Of a stretch of DNA of 64,000 nt, positions 13,939 through 27,442 are shown in pieces (position 1 is the first letter of the stretch; every line of letters begins with the position of its first letter). Made by a program: the position numbers and the translations under genes. The notes under the pieces are model-generated. The model was not told where the DNA came from, searched no databases, and saw only the letters and a program-made list of their open reading frames with translations. Source of the DNA: Escherichia coli (GTDB lineage Bacteria; Pseudomonadota; Gammaproteobacteria; Enterobacterales; Enterobacteriaceae); NCBI RefSeq assembly GCF_003334335.1, contig NZ_QOWQ01000005.1; one strand, 5' to 3'.

Positions 13939-14655
13939 ATGCGTCCAGCAGGCCGTAGCAATAATCAGGTGCGTCCCGTTACCCTGACTCGTAACTATAC
14001 AAAACATGCAGAAGGCTCGGTGCTGGTCGAATTTGGCGATACCAAAGTGTTGTGTACCGCCTCTATTGAAGAAGGCGTGCCGCGCTTCCTGAAAGGTCAG
14101 GGCCAGGGCTGGATCACCGCAGAGTACGGCATGCTGCCACGTTCTACCCACACCCGTAACGCTCGTGAAGCGGCGAAAGGTAAGCAGGGTGGACGCACAA
14201 TGGAAATCCAGCGTCTGATCGCCCGTGCGCTTCGCGCGGCAGTAGATTTGAAAGCGCTGGGTGAGTTCACCATTACGCTGGACTGCGACGTGCTTCAGGC
14301 TGATGGTGGCACGCGTACCGCTTCGATTACGGGTGCCTGTGTGGCGCTGGCAGATGCGCTACAGAAGCTGGTGGAAAACGGCAAGCTGAAAACCAACCCG
14401 ATGAAAGGGATGGTAGCCGCGGTTTCTGTCGGGATTGTGAACGGCGAAGCGGTTTGCGATCTGGAATACGTTGAAGACTCTGCCGCAGAGACCGACATGA
14501 ACGTAGTGATGACCGAAGACGGGCGCATCATTGAAGTGCAGGGGACGGCAGAAGGCGAGCCGTTCACCCATGAAGAGCTACTCACCTTGTTGGCGCTGGC
14601 CCGAGGGGGAATCGAATCCATTGTAGCGACGCAGAAGGCGGCGCTGGCAAACTGA
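13939..14655 (+). CDS. rph: Ribonuclease PH (intact 238-aa form)
   Basis: ORF 13915..14655 trimmed to [20 protein letters not shown]; C-terminus ...[13 protein letters not shown] is full length. Confidence 0.9.
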   Translation: MRPAGRSNNQVRPVTLTRNYTKHAEGSVLVEFGDTKVLCTASIEEGVPRFLKGQGQGWITAEYGMLPRSTHTRNAREAAKGKQGGRTMEIQRLIARALRAAVDLKALGEFTITLDCDVLQADGGTRTASITGACVALADALQKLVENGKLKTNPMKGMVAAVSVGIVNGEAVCDLEYVEDSAAETDMNVVMTEDGRIIEVQGTAEGEPFTHEELLTLLALARGGIESIVATQKAALAN

Positions 14656-14660
14656 TTTTT

Positions 14661-14688
14661 AAGGCGACTGATGAGTCGCTTTTTTTTG
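14661..14688 (+). terminator. pyrE leader attenuator hairpin (GCGACT-GATG-AGTCGC + T8)
   Basis: Perfect 6-bp stem with an 8-T run between the rph stop (14655) and pyrE start (14720). Confidence 0.7.
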
Positions 14689-14719
14689 TCTGTAGAAAAG
14701 TAAGATGAGGAGCGAAGGC

Positions 14720-15361
14720 ATGAAACCATATCAGCGCCAGTTTATTGAATTTGCGCTTAGCAAGCAGGTGTTAAAGTTTGGCGAGTTTACGCTGAAATCC
14801 GGGCGTAAAAGCCCCTATTTCTTCAACGCCGGGCTGTTTAATACCGGGCGCGACCTGGCACTGTTAGGCCGTTTTTACGCTGAAGCATTGGTGGACTCCG
14901 GCATTGAGTTCGATCTGCTGTTTGGCCCTGCTTACAAAGGGATCCCGATTGCCACCACAACCGCCGTGGCGTTGGCGGAGCATCATGACCTGGACCTGCC
15001 GTACTGCTTTAACCGCAAAGAGGCAAAAGACCACGGTGAAGGCGGCAATCTGGTTGGTAGCGCGTTACAAGGACGCGTAATGCTGGTAGATGATGTGATC
15101 ACCGCCGGAACGGCGATTCGTGAGTCGATGGAAATTATTCAGGCCAATGGCGCGACGCTTGCTGGCGTGTTGATTTCGCTCGATCGTCAGGAACGGGGGC
15201 GCGGCGAGATTTCGGCGATTCAGGAAGTTGAGCGTGATTACAACTGCAAAGTGATCTCTATCATCACCCTGAAAGATCTGATTGCTTACCTGGAAGAGAA
15301 GCCGGAAATGGCGGAACATCTGGCGGCGGTTAAGGCCTATCGCGAAGAGTTTGGCGTTTAA
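14720..15361 (+). CDS. pyrE: Orotate phosphoribosyltransferase
   Basis: ORF 14705..15361 trimmed to [23 protein letters not shown] (213 aa); PRTase motif [13 protein letters not shown]. Confidence 0.92.
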
Positions 15362-15368
15362 AGAAACT

Positions 15369-15392
15369 CGCCGGATGAAAATTCATCCGGCG
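15369..15392. terminator. Perfect 10-bp hairpin between convergent pyrE and slmA
   Basis: cgccggatga-aaat-tcatccggcg inverted repeat; no strong T-run, so terminator function is uncertain. Confidence 0.4.
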
Positions 15393-15397
15393 TCATA

Positions 15398-15994
15398 TTA
15401 CTGCAACTGCGCGGCAATTAGCGGCCAGCGGGCGTCAAAATCATCCGTCGGGCGGTATTTAAATTCGCTGCGGACAAAACGTGACAGCATACCTTCACAG
15501 AAGGCCAGGATCTGGCTTGCCAGCAGGGTTTCATCGGTGGTGTAACCTTCACCCTCACGCATTCTCTTTTCACGCAATACCTGGCGCAGCTGCGCTTCAA
15601 TACGCTCGAACAGCTGGTTGATGCGCCCTTGCAGGCGATCCTGTTCAAACATTAGCGCATGACCAGTGAGGATGCGGGTCAGGCCAGGATTACGCTCACC
15701 AAAACCGAGAAGCAGCAACACAATCAGACGCAGGCGCGCTGTGGTGTCTTTCTCATCTTTCAGAATCAGATTGATGCGAGTAATCAGGCTATCTTCGATA
15801 AACTCAATCAGGCTATCGAACATGCGGGTCTTACTGGGGAAGTGGCGATACAGTGCCGCTTCGGAAACGCCGACAGAGGCGGCCAGTTTTGCCGTCGTGA
15901 TACGTTGGCTTCCATCGCTGGATTCCAGCATCAGCGCCAGAGACTGAAGTATTTCCTCGCGACGGTTCCTTTTCGCAGTTTGTTTTTCTGCCAT
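15398..15994 (-). CDS. slmA: Nucleoid occlusion factor SlmA (TetR family)
   Basis: ORF 15398..16036 trimmed to [23 protein letters not shown] (198 aa); TetR-type HTH. Confidence 0.85.
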
Positions 15995-16100
15995 GTTACA
16001 AAATACCCCTGAAAATAAGCACTTGCCAGGCGGCACCCACGCTATGACCGCAAACGAAATGTTTGCGGCTATGTTATGACGTTATTCGGATGCGTATGTG

Positions 16101-16559
16101 TTACTGACGACCAGAGTGACCAAAGCCGCCTTCACCGCGGTCGGTGGCGTCGAAATCTTCCACCAGATTAAATTCAGCCTGTACTACCGGAACAAAAATC
16201 ATCTGGGCGATGCGTTCGCCAGGTTGAATGGTGAAGCTGTCCTGACCACGGTTCCACACGGAAATCATCAACTGGCCCTGATAGTCGGAATCGATCAATC
16301 CTACCAGGTTACCAAGCACGATACCGTGCTTATGTCCCAATCCGGAGCGCGGCAGCATCATTGCCGCCAGTGAAGGATCGGCAATATGAATCGCCAGCCC
16401 GGTCGGAACCAGCGTAGTGTCACCCGGAGCCAGTTCTACGGCGTCGTCGAGACAGGCACGCAGGTCAAGTCCGGCAGAGCCAGAGGTGGCATAAGTCGGG
16501 AGCGGAAATTCCTTCCCAACGCGCGGGTCCAGAATCTTAACGTCGATTTTTTTCATCAT
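16101..16559 (-). CDS. dut: dUTP diphosphatase
   Basis: 152-aa [39 protein letters not shown]. Confidence 0.92.
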
Positions 16560-17757
16560 AACGGGTCACGATCTCGTCGAGTAATAATTGGCCAAGGAGC
16601 TCTTTGCGCTCAAGCGGTAAGACTTTATCTCCGTCCTGCCAGAAAAGGTGTAATGCGTTGTTGTCGCTGTTAAATCCTTGAGTTGGCTGGGAAACATCGT
16701 TCGCGCAGATCAGATCAAGGTTTTTACGGATACGTTTTTGCCGGGCGTATTCTTCCACATTATTTGTTTCGGCGGCAAATCCAACGACGTAGGGTCGATG
16801 GTCTTTTAGTGCGGCAACGCCTGCGACGATATCGGGGTTTTTAACCATTTTTATTGTTAATTCATCACCCTGCGTGGCCTGCTTTTTGATTTTTTCTGGG
16901 GCCACGGTAGCTGCGCGATAATCCGCCACGGCGGCGCAGCCGATAAAAATATTTTGCTGCTGTACAGAAGCATTCACGGCGGCTTCCATTTCCAGCGCGG
17001 TCATCACATCAACACGTTTAACAAACGGTGGCGTCGGTAGTGAAACCGGACCTGATACCAGCGTGACGTTCGCGCCACGACGGGCAGCGGCGGCGGCGAT
17101 AGCAAAACCCATCTTGCCGGAGCTGTGATTAGAGATATAACGCACCGGATCGAGCGGTTCACGCGTCGGACCGGCGGTAATCATAATGTTCAGATGTTTC
17201 AGGTCGTTGACGGGCGAAAAATGCGCCACCGCCATATCCACAATGGTTAACGGATCGAGCATTCGCCCAGGACCGATATCACCACAAGCCTGACTGCCAC
17301 TGTCTGGCCCCCAGATGAGCAAACCACGGGAAGCAAGCACCTCTAAATTATGCTGCGTGGCAGCGGCACGGTACATCTGCTGGTTCATGGCGGGGAGCAC
17401 GGCTACAGGCGCAGGTGTAGCCAGACAAATCGTCGATACCAGGTCATTCGCCATTCCGGCAGCAACACGGGCAATCAAATCTGCCGTGGCAGGGGCGAGA
17501 ATCACTAAATCAGCCCATTTACCCAGCTCAATATGGCCCATAGCGGCTTCGGCTGCCGGGTCCAGCAAACTGTCGGAAACGGGATAACCAGAAACCGCCT
17601 GCAAGCTAAGTGGGGTGATAAAGGCTTTTGCCGCTTCGGTCATGGCTACGCGGACGTCGGCCCCGCGATCGCGCAAACGACGCACCAGTTCAGGGGTTTT
17701 ATAGGCAGCAATACCGCCGCTAACGCCGAGAACGATTTTTTTACCGGCCAGGCTCAT
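16537..17757 (-). CDS. coaBC: Bifunctional phosphopantothenoylcysteine decarboxylase/synthetase
   Basis: ORF 16537..17829 trimmed to [20 protein letters not shown] (406 aa); flavoprotein N-terminal domain plus CoaB domain. Confidence 0.9.
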
Positions 17758-17922
17758 GATGATTTTTCCTGTTGGGTGACACCAGAAGTTGGCGATTTTA
17801 TCACAATACTTTTGTTGTCGTGCCTTCACCTGAGAATCACTTTGCGAGGCGCTTTCCAGGATTGAAAACTGGCCGTCGATTTAACGGAACGGCTATGACA
17901 GGATGCGAGCACCACAAAGGAG

Positions 17923-18597
17923 GTGAAGGTGAAAAACAATTCACAGCTGTTGATGCCGCGCGAAAAAATGCTGAAGTTTGGTATTAGCGCCTTAACGGAT
18001 GTCGAGCTGCTGGCGCTATTTCTGCGTACCGGAACGCGCGGTAAAGATGTATTAACCCTGGCAAAAGAGATGCTGGAGAATTTCGGCTCTCTTTATGGCT
18101 TGTTAACCTCTGAATATGAACAATTTAGTGGCGTTCATGGAATTGGCGTGGCGAAATTTGCCCAGTTAAAGGGGATTGCTGAACTGGCGCGGCGTTACTA
18201 CAACGTGCGGATGCGTGAAGAAAGCCCTTTACTCAGCCCGGAGATGACGCGGGAATTTTTACAAAGCCAGCTCACGGGTGAGGAGCGGGAGATCTTTATG
18301 GTGATCTTTCTCGACTCACAACACCGGGTTATAACGCATAGCCGTCTTTTTTCCGGCACGCTAAACCATGTTGAAGTCCATCCTCGGGAAATTATCCGCG
18401 AAGCGATAAAAATAAACGCCTCGGCGCTGATCCTTGCACATAATCACCCTTCGGGTTGTGCTGAACCCAGTAAAGCGGATAAACTCATTACTGAACGGAT
18501 AATAAAGAGTTGTCAGTTCATGGATTTACGCGTGCTCGACCATATCGTGATTGGGCGTGGAGAGTATGTTTCTTTTGCCGAACGCGGTTGGATTTAA
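17923..18597 (+). CDS. radC: RadC-like JAB-domain protein (UPF0758)
   Basis: 224-aa ORF with HNHPSG JAMM-like motif. Confidence 0.85.
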   Translation: MKVKNNSQLLMPREKMLKFGISALTDVELLALFLRTGTRGKDVLTLAKEMLENFGSLYGLLTSEYEQFSGVHGIGVAKFAQLKGIAELARRYYNVRMREESPLLSPEMTREFLQSQLTGEEREIFMVIFLDSQHRVITHSRLFSGTLNHVEVHPREIIREAIKINASALILAHNHPSGCAEPSKADKLITERIIKSCQFMDLRVLDHIVIGRGEYVSFAERGWI

Positions 18598-18792
18598 CCC
18601 GCTATGCGCGATCCTTCGGGATCTTTGTCTGTTCGGGACTTGAGCACATCGCTGAGTCAGCGTATACTACGCCACCTTTGAGAATCTCGGGTTTGGCATT
18701 TGGGCCTGGCAATCGAGAGTTCACATAGAACTGCGATGACCGGGCTGTAAAGCCTGACGAGGCGCCAATACCCCATACGAAGCTCGAGCTAA

Positions 18793-19050
<258 letters not shown>

Positions 19051-19067
19051 GTACTTAGAGGAAATAA

Positions 19068-19238
<171 letters not shown>

Positions 19239-19254
19239 TTCTCGCTTTGATGTA

Positions 19255-19288
19255 ACAAAAAACCTCGCTCCGGCGGGGTTTTTTGTTA
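19255..19288 (+). terminator. Rho-independent terminator of rpmBG
   Basis: A-tract, GC-rich hairpin (cctcgctccggcgggg) and T-run. Confidence 0.6.
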
Positions 19289-19335
19289 TCTGCTTGCCCC
19301 CATATTGACTGCATCTGTTCATTCCTGGAGATGCT

Positions 19336-20145
19336 ATGCCTGAATTACCCGAAGTTGAAACCAGCCGCCGCGGCATAGAACCGCATCTCGTTGGTGCAAC
19401 CATTCTTCATGCAGTGGTGCGCAACGGACGCTTGCGCTGGCCGGTTTCAGAAGAGATCTACCGTTTAAGCGACCAACCAGTGCTTAGCGTGCAGCGGCGG
19501 GCTAAATATCTGCTGCTGGAGCTGCCTGAGGGCTGGATTATCATTCATTTAGGGATGTCTGGCAGCCTGCGCATCCTTCCAGAAGAACTTCCCCCTGAAA
19601 AGCATGACCATGTGGATTTGGTGATGAACAACGGCAAAGTGCTGCGCTACACCGATCCGCGCCGCTTTGGTGCCTGGCTGTGGACCAAAGAGCTGGAAGG
19701 GCATAATGTGCTGGCCCATCTTGGACCGGAGCCGCTTAGCGACGATTTCAATGGTGAGTATCTGCATCAGAAGTGCGCGAAGAAAAAAACGGCGATCAAA
19801 CCGTGGCTGATGGATAACAAGCTGGTGGTAGGCGTAGGGAATATCTATGCCAGCGAATCTCTGTTTGCGGCGGGGATCCATCCGGATCGGCTGGCGTCAT
19901 CACTGTCGCTGGCGGAGTGCGAATTGCTGGCTCGGGTGATTAAAGCGGTGTTGCTGCGTTCGATTGAGCAGGGCGGTACAACGCTAAAAGATTTTCTGCA
20001 AAGCGACGGTAAACCGGGCTATTTCGCGCAGGAATTGCAGGTTTACGGGCGAAAAGGTGAGCCGTGTCGGGTGTGCGGTACGCCGATTGTGGCGACTAAA
20101 CATGCGCAGCGGGCAACGTTTTATTGTCGGCAGTGCCAGAAGTAA
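19336..20145 (+). CDS. mutM: Formamidopyrimidine-DNA glycosylase
   Basis: 269-aa ORF starting MPELPEVE (catalytic Pro2) with C-terminal zinc finger CxxC...CxxC. Confidence 0.93.
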   Translation: MPELPEVETSRRGIEPHLVGATILHAVVRNGRLRWPVSEEIYRLSDQPVLSVQRRAKYLLLELPEGWIIIHLGMSGSLRILPEELPPEKHDHVDLVMNNGKVLRYTDPRRFGAWLWTKELEGHNVLAHLGPEPLSDDFNGEYLHQKCAKKKTAIKPWLMDNKLVVGVGNIYASESLFAAGIHPDRLASSLSLAECELLARVIKAVLLRSIEQGGTTLKDFLQSDGKPGYFAQELQVYGRKGEPCRVCGTPIVATKHAQRATFYCRQCQK

Positions 20146-20183
20146 TTCATGCGCGCCGGATGGCATACCATCCGGCATAAACG

Positions 20184-21948
<1,765 letters not shown>

Positions 21949-22354
21949 AATAAATAGCTGACTTATGGATGTGCTGGGGATTCTATGTATTTAGCACCGG
22001 GTTTGCCATTACTTTTCCTTTTTTTGACTTAATTAGCCTCTGTTTGAGCTGATCTGCCGCTAGATCTTCATTTTTTTTGTATTTTTATGCGATTCATTGA
22101 ATTTCAGCCAGGATTGCAGCTTTACATCGACAATATCTGGATTCTCGAGTATGCAAAATTTTATCTCTATGATTTTTATAATTAAAACATATTTTGTGTA
22201 TAAAAATCATTCGGGTCGGATTGCTGCGAAAGAAATGATACACTAGCGCGTCAAAGTAAGTGCGTTATCAGTATTCGGGTAGCTGTTGAGCCTGGGGCGG
22301 TAGCGTGCTTTTTTCTGCTTAACTTAACCAGACAATCACACAAAAGAGTCGCTA
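21949..22354. promoter_or_regulatory. Divergent waaA / waaQ control region (AT-rich, long waaQ leader)
   Basis: 406-bp AT-rich intergenic region between divergent operons; contains the ops element listed separately. Confidence 0.55.
22296..22307 (+). promoter_or_regulatory. ops element GGCGGTAGCGTG (RfaH recruitment site, JUMPstart core)
   Basis: Exact GGCGGTAG octamer followed by CGTG, about 50 nt upstream of the waaQ start on the coding strand. Confidence 0.75.
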
Positions 22355-23425
22355 GTGGAAAAGCCATTTCGAAAAATCCTGGTCATAAAGATGCGATATC
22401 ACGGAGATATGTTATTAACTACTCCTGTAATCAGTACACTCAAGCAGAATTATCCCGACGCAAAAATCGATATGCTGCTTTACCAGGATACAATTCCGAT
22501 TTTATCTGAAAACCCAGAAATTAATGCACTCTATGGTATAAGCAATAAAGGTACGGGAACATTCGATAAAATTAAAAATGCACTTTCACTGATAAAAACT
22601 CTGCGTGCGAATAATTACGACCTGGTCATTAATCTTACGGATCAGTGGATGGTGGCCCTGCTGGTACGTTGTTTACCTGCTCGTATGAAAATATCGCAGC
22701 TTTATGGTCATCGGCAGCATGGCATTTGGAAAAAAAGCTTTACACACTTAGCGCCTATACACGGTACACATATTGTTGAGCGTAATTTGTCGGTCCTTGA
22801 GCCATTAGGTATTACCGATTTTTATACTGAAACAACCATGAGTTACGCCGAGGATTGCTGGAAGAAAATGCGCCAGGAATTAGATGCACTGGGCGTGAAA
22901 GATCATTATGTCGTCATCCAGCCGACAGCCAGACAGATATTTAAGTGCTGGGACAACGATAAATTTTCTATGGTTATCGATGCGTTGCAACATCGTGGTT
23001 ATCAGGTTGTGCTGACTTGTGGCCCTTCGGCAGATGATCTCGCTTGCGTAGATGAAATTGCACGAGGCTGCCAAACAAAACCTATTACCGGCCTTGCCGG
23101 TAAAACACGTTTTCCTGAACTGGGCGCATTAATTGATCATGCAGTGCTCTTTATTGGTGTGGATTCTGCGCCGGGGCATATTGCAGCGGCTGTGAAGACG
23201 CCAGTTATTAGCCTGTTTGGGGCCACTGATCATGTATTCTGGCGTCCATGGACCGAGAATATTATTCAGTTCTGGGCGGGGAATTATCAAAAAATGCCTA
23301 CCCGGCACGAACTTGACCGCAACAAAAAATATCTTTCTGTTATTCCAGCGGAAGATGTCATTGCCGCTACGGAAAAGCTGTTGCCAGAAGATGCACCTTC
23401 AGCTGACAGGAATGCGCAATTATGA
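22355..23425 (+). CDS. waaQ: LPS heptosyltransferase III (GT9)
   Basis: GTG start with AAAGAG RBS; N-terminal KILVIKMRYHGDML aligns with the WaaC/WaaF N-terminal motifs, so the start must lie upstream of Met13. Confidence 0.8.
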   Translation: MEKPFRKILVIKMRYHGDMLLTTPVISTLKQNYPDAKIDMLLYQDTIPILSENPEINALYGISNKGTGTFDKIKNALSLIKTLRANNYDLVINLTDQWMVALLVRCLPARMKISQLYGHRQHGIWKKSFTHLAPIHGTHIVERNLSVLEPLGITDFYTETTMSYAEDCWKKMRQELDALGVKDHYVVIQPTARQIFKCWDNDKFSMVIDALQHRGYQVVLTCGPSADDLACVDEIARGCQTKPITGLAGKTRFPELGALIDHAVLFIGVDSAPGHIAAAVKTPVISLFGATDHVFWRPWTENIIQFWAGNYQKMPTRHELDRNKKYLSVIPAEDVIAATEKLLPEDAPSADRNAQL

Positions 23426-24546
23426 TCGTGGCATTTTGCTTATATAAATATTTTCCATTTGGTGGGCTACAGCGTGACTTTATGCGTATTGCCTCAACAG
23501 TTGCCGCACGGGGCCACCATGTTCGGGTATATACACAGTCGTGGGAAGGCGATTGCCCGGAAGCATTTGAGCTTATTCGCGTACCGGTTAAATCCCATAC
23601 TAACCATGGACGTAATGCAGAATATTATGCCTGGGTTCAAAACCATCTGAAGGCACATCCCGCTGATCGCGTTGTTGGCTTTAATAAGATGCCTAGGCTG
23701 GATGTTTATTTTGCCGCCGATGTCTGTTATGCCGAGAAAGTGGCGCAAGAAAAGGGATTTTTCTATCGTTTAACATCGCGCTATCGCCATTATGCTGCAT
23801 TCGAGCGAGCGACTTTCGAACATGGTAAATCGACGAAACTTATGATGTTGACCGATAAGCAAATCGCCGATTTTCAGAAGCATTACCAAACTGAACCAGA
23901 ACGTTTTCAAATTCTTCCCCCTGGTATCTATCCTGACAGAAAATACAACGCGCAAATCCCAAACAGTCGTGAAATTTATCGCCAGAAAAATGGCATCACT
24001 GAACAACAAAACTTATTGCTGCAGGTTGGTTCAGATTTTGGTCGTAAAGGTGTGGATCGCTCAATTGAAGCTTTGGCATCGTTACCAGAATCGTTACGCC
24101 ATAATACGTTGTTGTTTGTTGTTGGCCAGGATAAACCGCGTAAATTTGAAGTGCTGGCAGAAAAACTCGGTGTGCGTAGTAAAGTGCATTTCTTTTCCGG
24201 GCGGAATGATGTGTCTGAATTAATGGCAGCCGCTGATTTATTAATGCATCCCGCTTATCAGGAGGCTGCAGGTATTGTTCTCCTTGAGGCAATTGCCGCG
24301 GGATTACCTGTGTTGACGACTGCGGTATGCGGATACGCACACTATATCACAGATGCTAATTGTGGAACGGTCATCGCTGAACCTTTCTCCCAGGAACAAT
24401 TAAATGACGTTTTACGTAAAGCGTTAACTCAATCTCCATTGCGCATGGCCTGGGCGGAGAATGCTCGGTATTACGCCGATACTCAGGATTTATACAGCCT
24501 GCCGGAGAAAGCGGCAGATATCATTACAGGTGGTTTAGATGGTTGA
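23422..24546 (+). CDS. waaG: LPS core glucosyltransferase I (GT4)
   Basis: 374-aa ORF; ATGA start/stop overlap with waaQ. Confidence 0.9.
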   Translation: MIVAFCLYKYFPFGGLQRDFMRIASTVAARGHHVRVYTQSWEGDCPEAFELIRVPVKSHTNHGRNAEYYAWVQNHLKAHPADRVVGFNKMPRLDVYFAADVCYAEKVAQEKGFFYRLTSRYRHYAAFERATFEHGKSTKLMMLTDKQIADFQKHYQTEPERFQILPPGIYPDRKYNAQIPNSREIYRQKNGITEQQNLLLQVGSDFGRKGVDRSIEALASLPESLRHNTLLFVVGQDKPRKFEVLAEKLGVRSKVHFFSGRNDVSELMAAADLLMHPAYQEAAGIVLLEAIAAGLPVLTTAVCGYAHYITDANCGTVIAEPFSQEQLNDVLRKALTQSPLRMAWAENARYYADTQDLYSLPEKAADIITGGLDG

Positions 24547-25336
24547 ATTAGAAGAGCCACTTGCCACACTCTGGCGTGGTAAAGATGCCTTTGCAGAAGT
24601 TAAAAAACTGAATGGCGAGGTCTTCCGTGAACTGGAGACGCGTCGCACATTACGCTTTGAACTGGCCGGCAAAAGTTATTTCCTCAAATGGCACAAAGGG
24701 ACGACCCTAAAGGAGATTATAAAAAATCTGCTCTCATTGCGGATGCCCGTTTTAGGTGCAGACAGAGAGTGGCACGCTATTCATCGACTGCATGATGTCG
24801 GTGTTGATACGATGCACGGAATAGGATTTGGTGAAAAAGGGTTAAATCCATTAACTCGCACATCATTTATTATTACCGAAGATCTCACTCCCACAATTAG
24901 CCTTGAAGATTATTGTGCAGATTGGGCGGTCAACCCGCCTGATGTACATATTAAGCGTATGCTGATCGCGCGTGTGGCAACCATGGTGCGCAAAATGCAT
25001 GCAGCAGGGATTAATCACCGTGATTGTTATATCTGCCACTTTTTACTCCATTTGCCATTTACTGGCCGGGAAGATGAATTAAAAATTTCGGTTATCGATC
25101 TGCACCGGGCACAGATACGTGCAAAAGTACCACGTCGTTGGCGGGATAAAGATTTGATTGGTTTATATTTCTCATCAATGAATATTGGTCTGACGCAGAG
25201 AGATATCTGGCGATTTATGAAGGTTTATTTTGGGATGCCTTTACGCGATATTTATAGACTTGAGATTGATTTACTTAAAAAGGCAAGGATTAAAGCAGGA
25301 AAAATAGAAGCAAGAACAATAAGAAAAAACTTGTAA
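24539..25336 (+). CDS. waaP: LPS core heptose(I) kinase
   Basis: 265-aa ORF with kinase-like catalytic motifs ([11 protein letters not shown]); 8-nt overlap with waaG. Confidence 0.9.
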   Translation: MVELEEPLATLWRGKDAFAEVKKLNGEVFRELETRRTLRFELAGKSYFLKWHKGTTLKEIIKNLLSLRMPVLGADREWHAIHRLHDVGVDTMHGIGFGEKGLNPLTRTSFIITEDLTPTISLEDYCADWAVNPPDVHIKRMLIARVATMVRKMHAAGINHRDCYICHFLLHLPFTGREDELKISVIDLHRAQIRAKVPRRWRDKDLIGLYFSSMNIGLTQRDIWRFMKVYFGMPLRDIYRLEIDLLKKARIKAGKIEARTIRKNL

Positions 25337-25368
25337 ATAGTATTTTATTACAAAAAGGGATTCTAAAA

Positions 25369-26349
25369 TTGTTGAAATATAGAAACTTCGTTGCTAAGAA
25401 GAAAAATTTATACCAAAACGAAGTGTCGTATGTTAAAAATTTACATATTGCACTATGCTTTGACCGTGAATTCATAATGCCAGCGGGTGTTGCATTATAT
25501 TCAATTATATCCAACAATAGACATATTAACCTTCATTTTCACCTTCTTATATCAGGCATAGAAGAAAAGGAGTGTTCAGCTTTTTACGAACTAGAAGGTC
25601 CTAATACATCAATATCTGTATATTATATAACTGATAAATTTGACATTAATCCGGATACATTAGTTCTTGGTATTCCTTTATCAACATGTTTACGTTTTTT
25701 AATCCCAGAAGTTATTGATGATAAAATAAATAAGATACTTTATCTTGACTGTGATGTCATATGTAATGGTCCTTTAGATGAACTGGTTGATTATAATTTA
25801 AATGCTGATATTGCATGTGTAATTCCAGATTCGCCAGAAATGCAAGAACGTGTAAAAAAATTAGACTATGGCATTGAGTTTATTAATTATTTTAATGCCG
25901 GGGTTATGTTTATTAATACCAGCGAATGGAAAAAAAATAATATAACACAAAAAGCGTTAGAAATGATCAACAGTGGAAAAGTATATAGGTATGCAGATCA
26001 GGATGTGCTCAATATTTTACTTAATGGACGAGTGCATTACCTTGATAAGAAGTACAATAATAAGACAACATTGTCAGTACGATGTGATGAAGAACAAAAA
26101 AACTTGCCCAACACAATTATAATGCATTATGTTACCCAGAATAAACCATGGTACAAAATATTTAGAGCACAAAATTTTGATCATTATTTTTCAAATTCTC
26201 CTTGGAAGAACCATAAAAGAAATCTAGCTCCATCATCAAGTGAGATTAGGTTAAAGTCTAAAGTTTTTTGGCTAGAAGGAAAATATTGTAAAGCCATTTC
26301 TTATTATTATAAGTATTTACTTGTTAAATTATTTGGCTTAAAGATTTAG
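25369..26349 (+). CDS. LPS core glycosyltransferase, GT8-like, at the waaS position
   Basis: 326-aa ORF from TTG start; YLDCDV (DxD), FNAGVMFIN and DQDVLN motifs shared with the two downstream GT8 paralogs; very low GC. Confidence 0.6.
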   Translation: MLKYRNFVAKKKNLYQNEVSYVKNLHIALCFDREFIMPAGVALYSIISNNRHINLHFHLLISGIEEKECSAFYELEGPNTSISVYYITDKFDINPDTLVLGIPLSTCLRFLIPEVIDDKINKILYLDCDVICNGPLDELVDYNLNADIACVIPDSPEMQERVKKLDYGIEFINYFNAGVMFINTSEWKKNNITQKALEMINSGKVYRYADQDVLNILLNGRVHYLDKKYNNKTTLSVRCDEEQKNLPNTIIMHYVTQNKPWYKIFRAQNFDHYFSNSPWKNHKRNLAPSSSEIRLKSKVFWLEGKYCKAISYYYKYLLVKLFGLKI

Positions 26350-26362
26350 CTGGAATGAAATT

Positions 26363-27442
26363 ATGAAAATAGCCTTTATTGGCGAAGCTGTTTCTGGATT
26401 TGGCGGCATGGAAACAGTCATTCGTGATGTTATTACTACCTTCAGGCAACAACATATCCAAAGTGAAATTTTTTTCTTTTGTCGTAATGACAAAATGGAT
26501 AAGGGATGGCTGGAAGGTATTAAGTACTCGTGTTCATTTTCCAATATTCGCTTAGGTTTTTTGCGTCGCGCGAAACATATTCATGCTTTAAGCAAATGGC
26601 TTCATGATTATCAGCCAGATGTTGTTATTTGTATTGACGTGATCTCGTGTTTGTATGCGGCCAAAGCTCGTAAAAAATCGGGGATTGATGTACCTGTATT
26701 TTCATGGCCGCATTTTTCTTTAGATCATAAAAAACATGCCGAATATATCACCTGTGCCGACTATCATTTAGCCATCAGCTCTGGTATTAAACAGCAAATG
26801 ATTAGCCGGGGTGTACCAGAATCGACAATAAACGTTATTTTTAATCCCGTTGAGGCGAAAAATTCAGTCATTCCTGCACCCGGGGAAGGCGAAACGGCAA
26901 CATTCATTTATGTTGGGCGCATGAAATTTGAAGGCCAAAAGCGCGTAAAAGATCTGCTTGATGGCTTATCACAAGTGCAAGGTGACTGGAAACTTCATGT
27001 ATTGGGAGATGGCTCCGATTTCGAAAAATGCCAGGCTTATGGTAGAGGATTAAATATTGATGATCGAATTGTCTGGTATGGTTGGCAACAACATCCCTGG
27101 AAATTAGTTCAGCAAGATATTAAAAAAGTGAGTGCATTATTACTCACGTCATCTTTTGAAGGTTTCCCAATGACTCTACTTGAAGCCTTGTCGTGGGGGA
27201 TCCCTTGTATCAGTGCAGATTGTGTCTCCGGGCCTGTTGATATCATTCAGCCTGATGTTAATGGTCATTTATATCAACCGGGGGATATGACCGGTTTTGT
27301 TGCTCTTCTCAATAAATACATAGCCGGTGAAATTCACATCGCACATGAAAAAATTCCGGCGTCGATCGATAAATTTTATCAACCGAAATATTACGACAGA
27401 TTGCAAAAGATAATTATTTCTGTTATTTCCCGGAGGAAATAA
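26363..27442 (+). CDS. waaB: LPS core alpha-1,6-galactosyltransferase (GT4)
   Basis: 359-aa ORF MKIAFIGEAVSGFGGMETV..., GT4 C-terminal EGFPMTLLEA motif. Confidence 0.8.
   Translation: MKIAFIGEAVSGFGGMETVIRDVITTFRQQHIQSEIFFFCRNDKMDKGWLEGIKYSCSFSNIRLGFLRRAKHIHALSKWLHDYQPDVVICIDVISCLYAAKARKKSGIDVPVFSWPHFSLDHKKHAEYITCADYHLAISSGIKQQMISRGVPESTINVIFNPVEAKNSVIPAPGEGETATFIYVGRMKFEGQKRVKDLLDGLSQVQGDWKLHVLGDGSDFEKCQAYGRGLNIDDRIVWYGWQQHPWKLVQQDIKKVSALLLTSSFEGFPMTLLEALSWGIPCISADCVSGPVDIIQPDVNGHLYQPGDMTGFVALLNKYIAGEIHIAHEKIPASIDKFYQPKYYDRLQKIIISVISRRK

Noticed and set aside
20153-20176. 9-bp stem hairpin (gccggatgg-cata-ccatccggc) between mutM and coaD
   Set aside because: It lacks a T-run on either strand. 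It is probably a REP-like or bidirectional stop structure, but terminator function cannot be supported from the sequence alone.
25290-25517. 75-aa minus-strand ORF ending in [12 protein letters not shown]
   Set aside because: It is a low-complexity translation of AT-rich sequence, antisense to the waaP 3' end and the start of the next gene.
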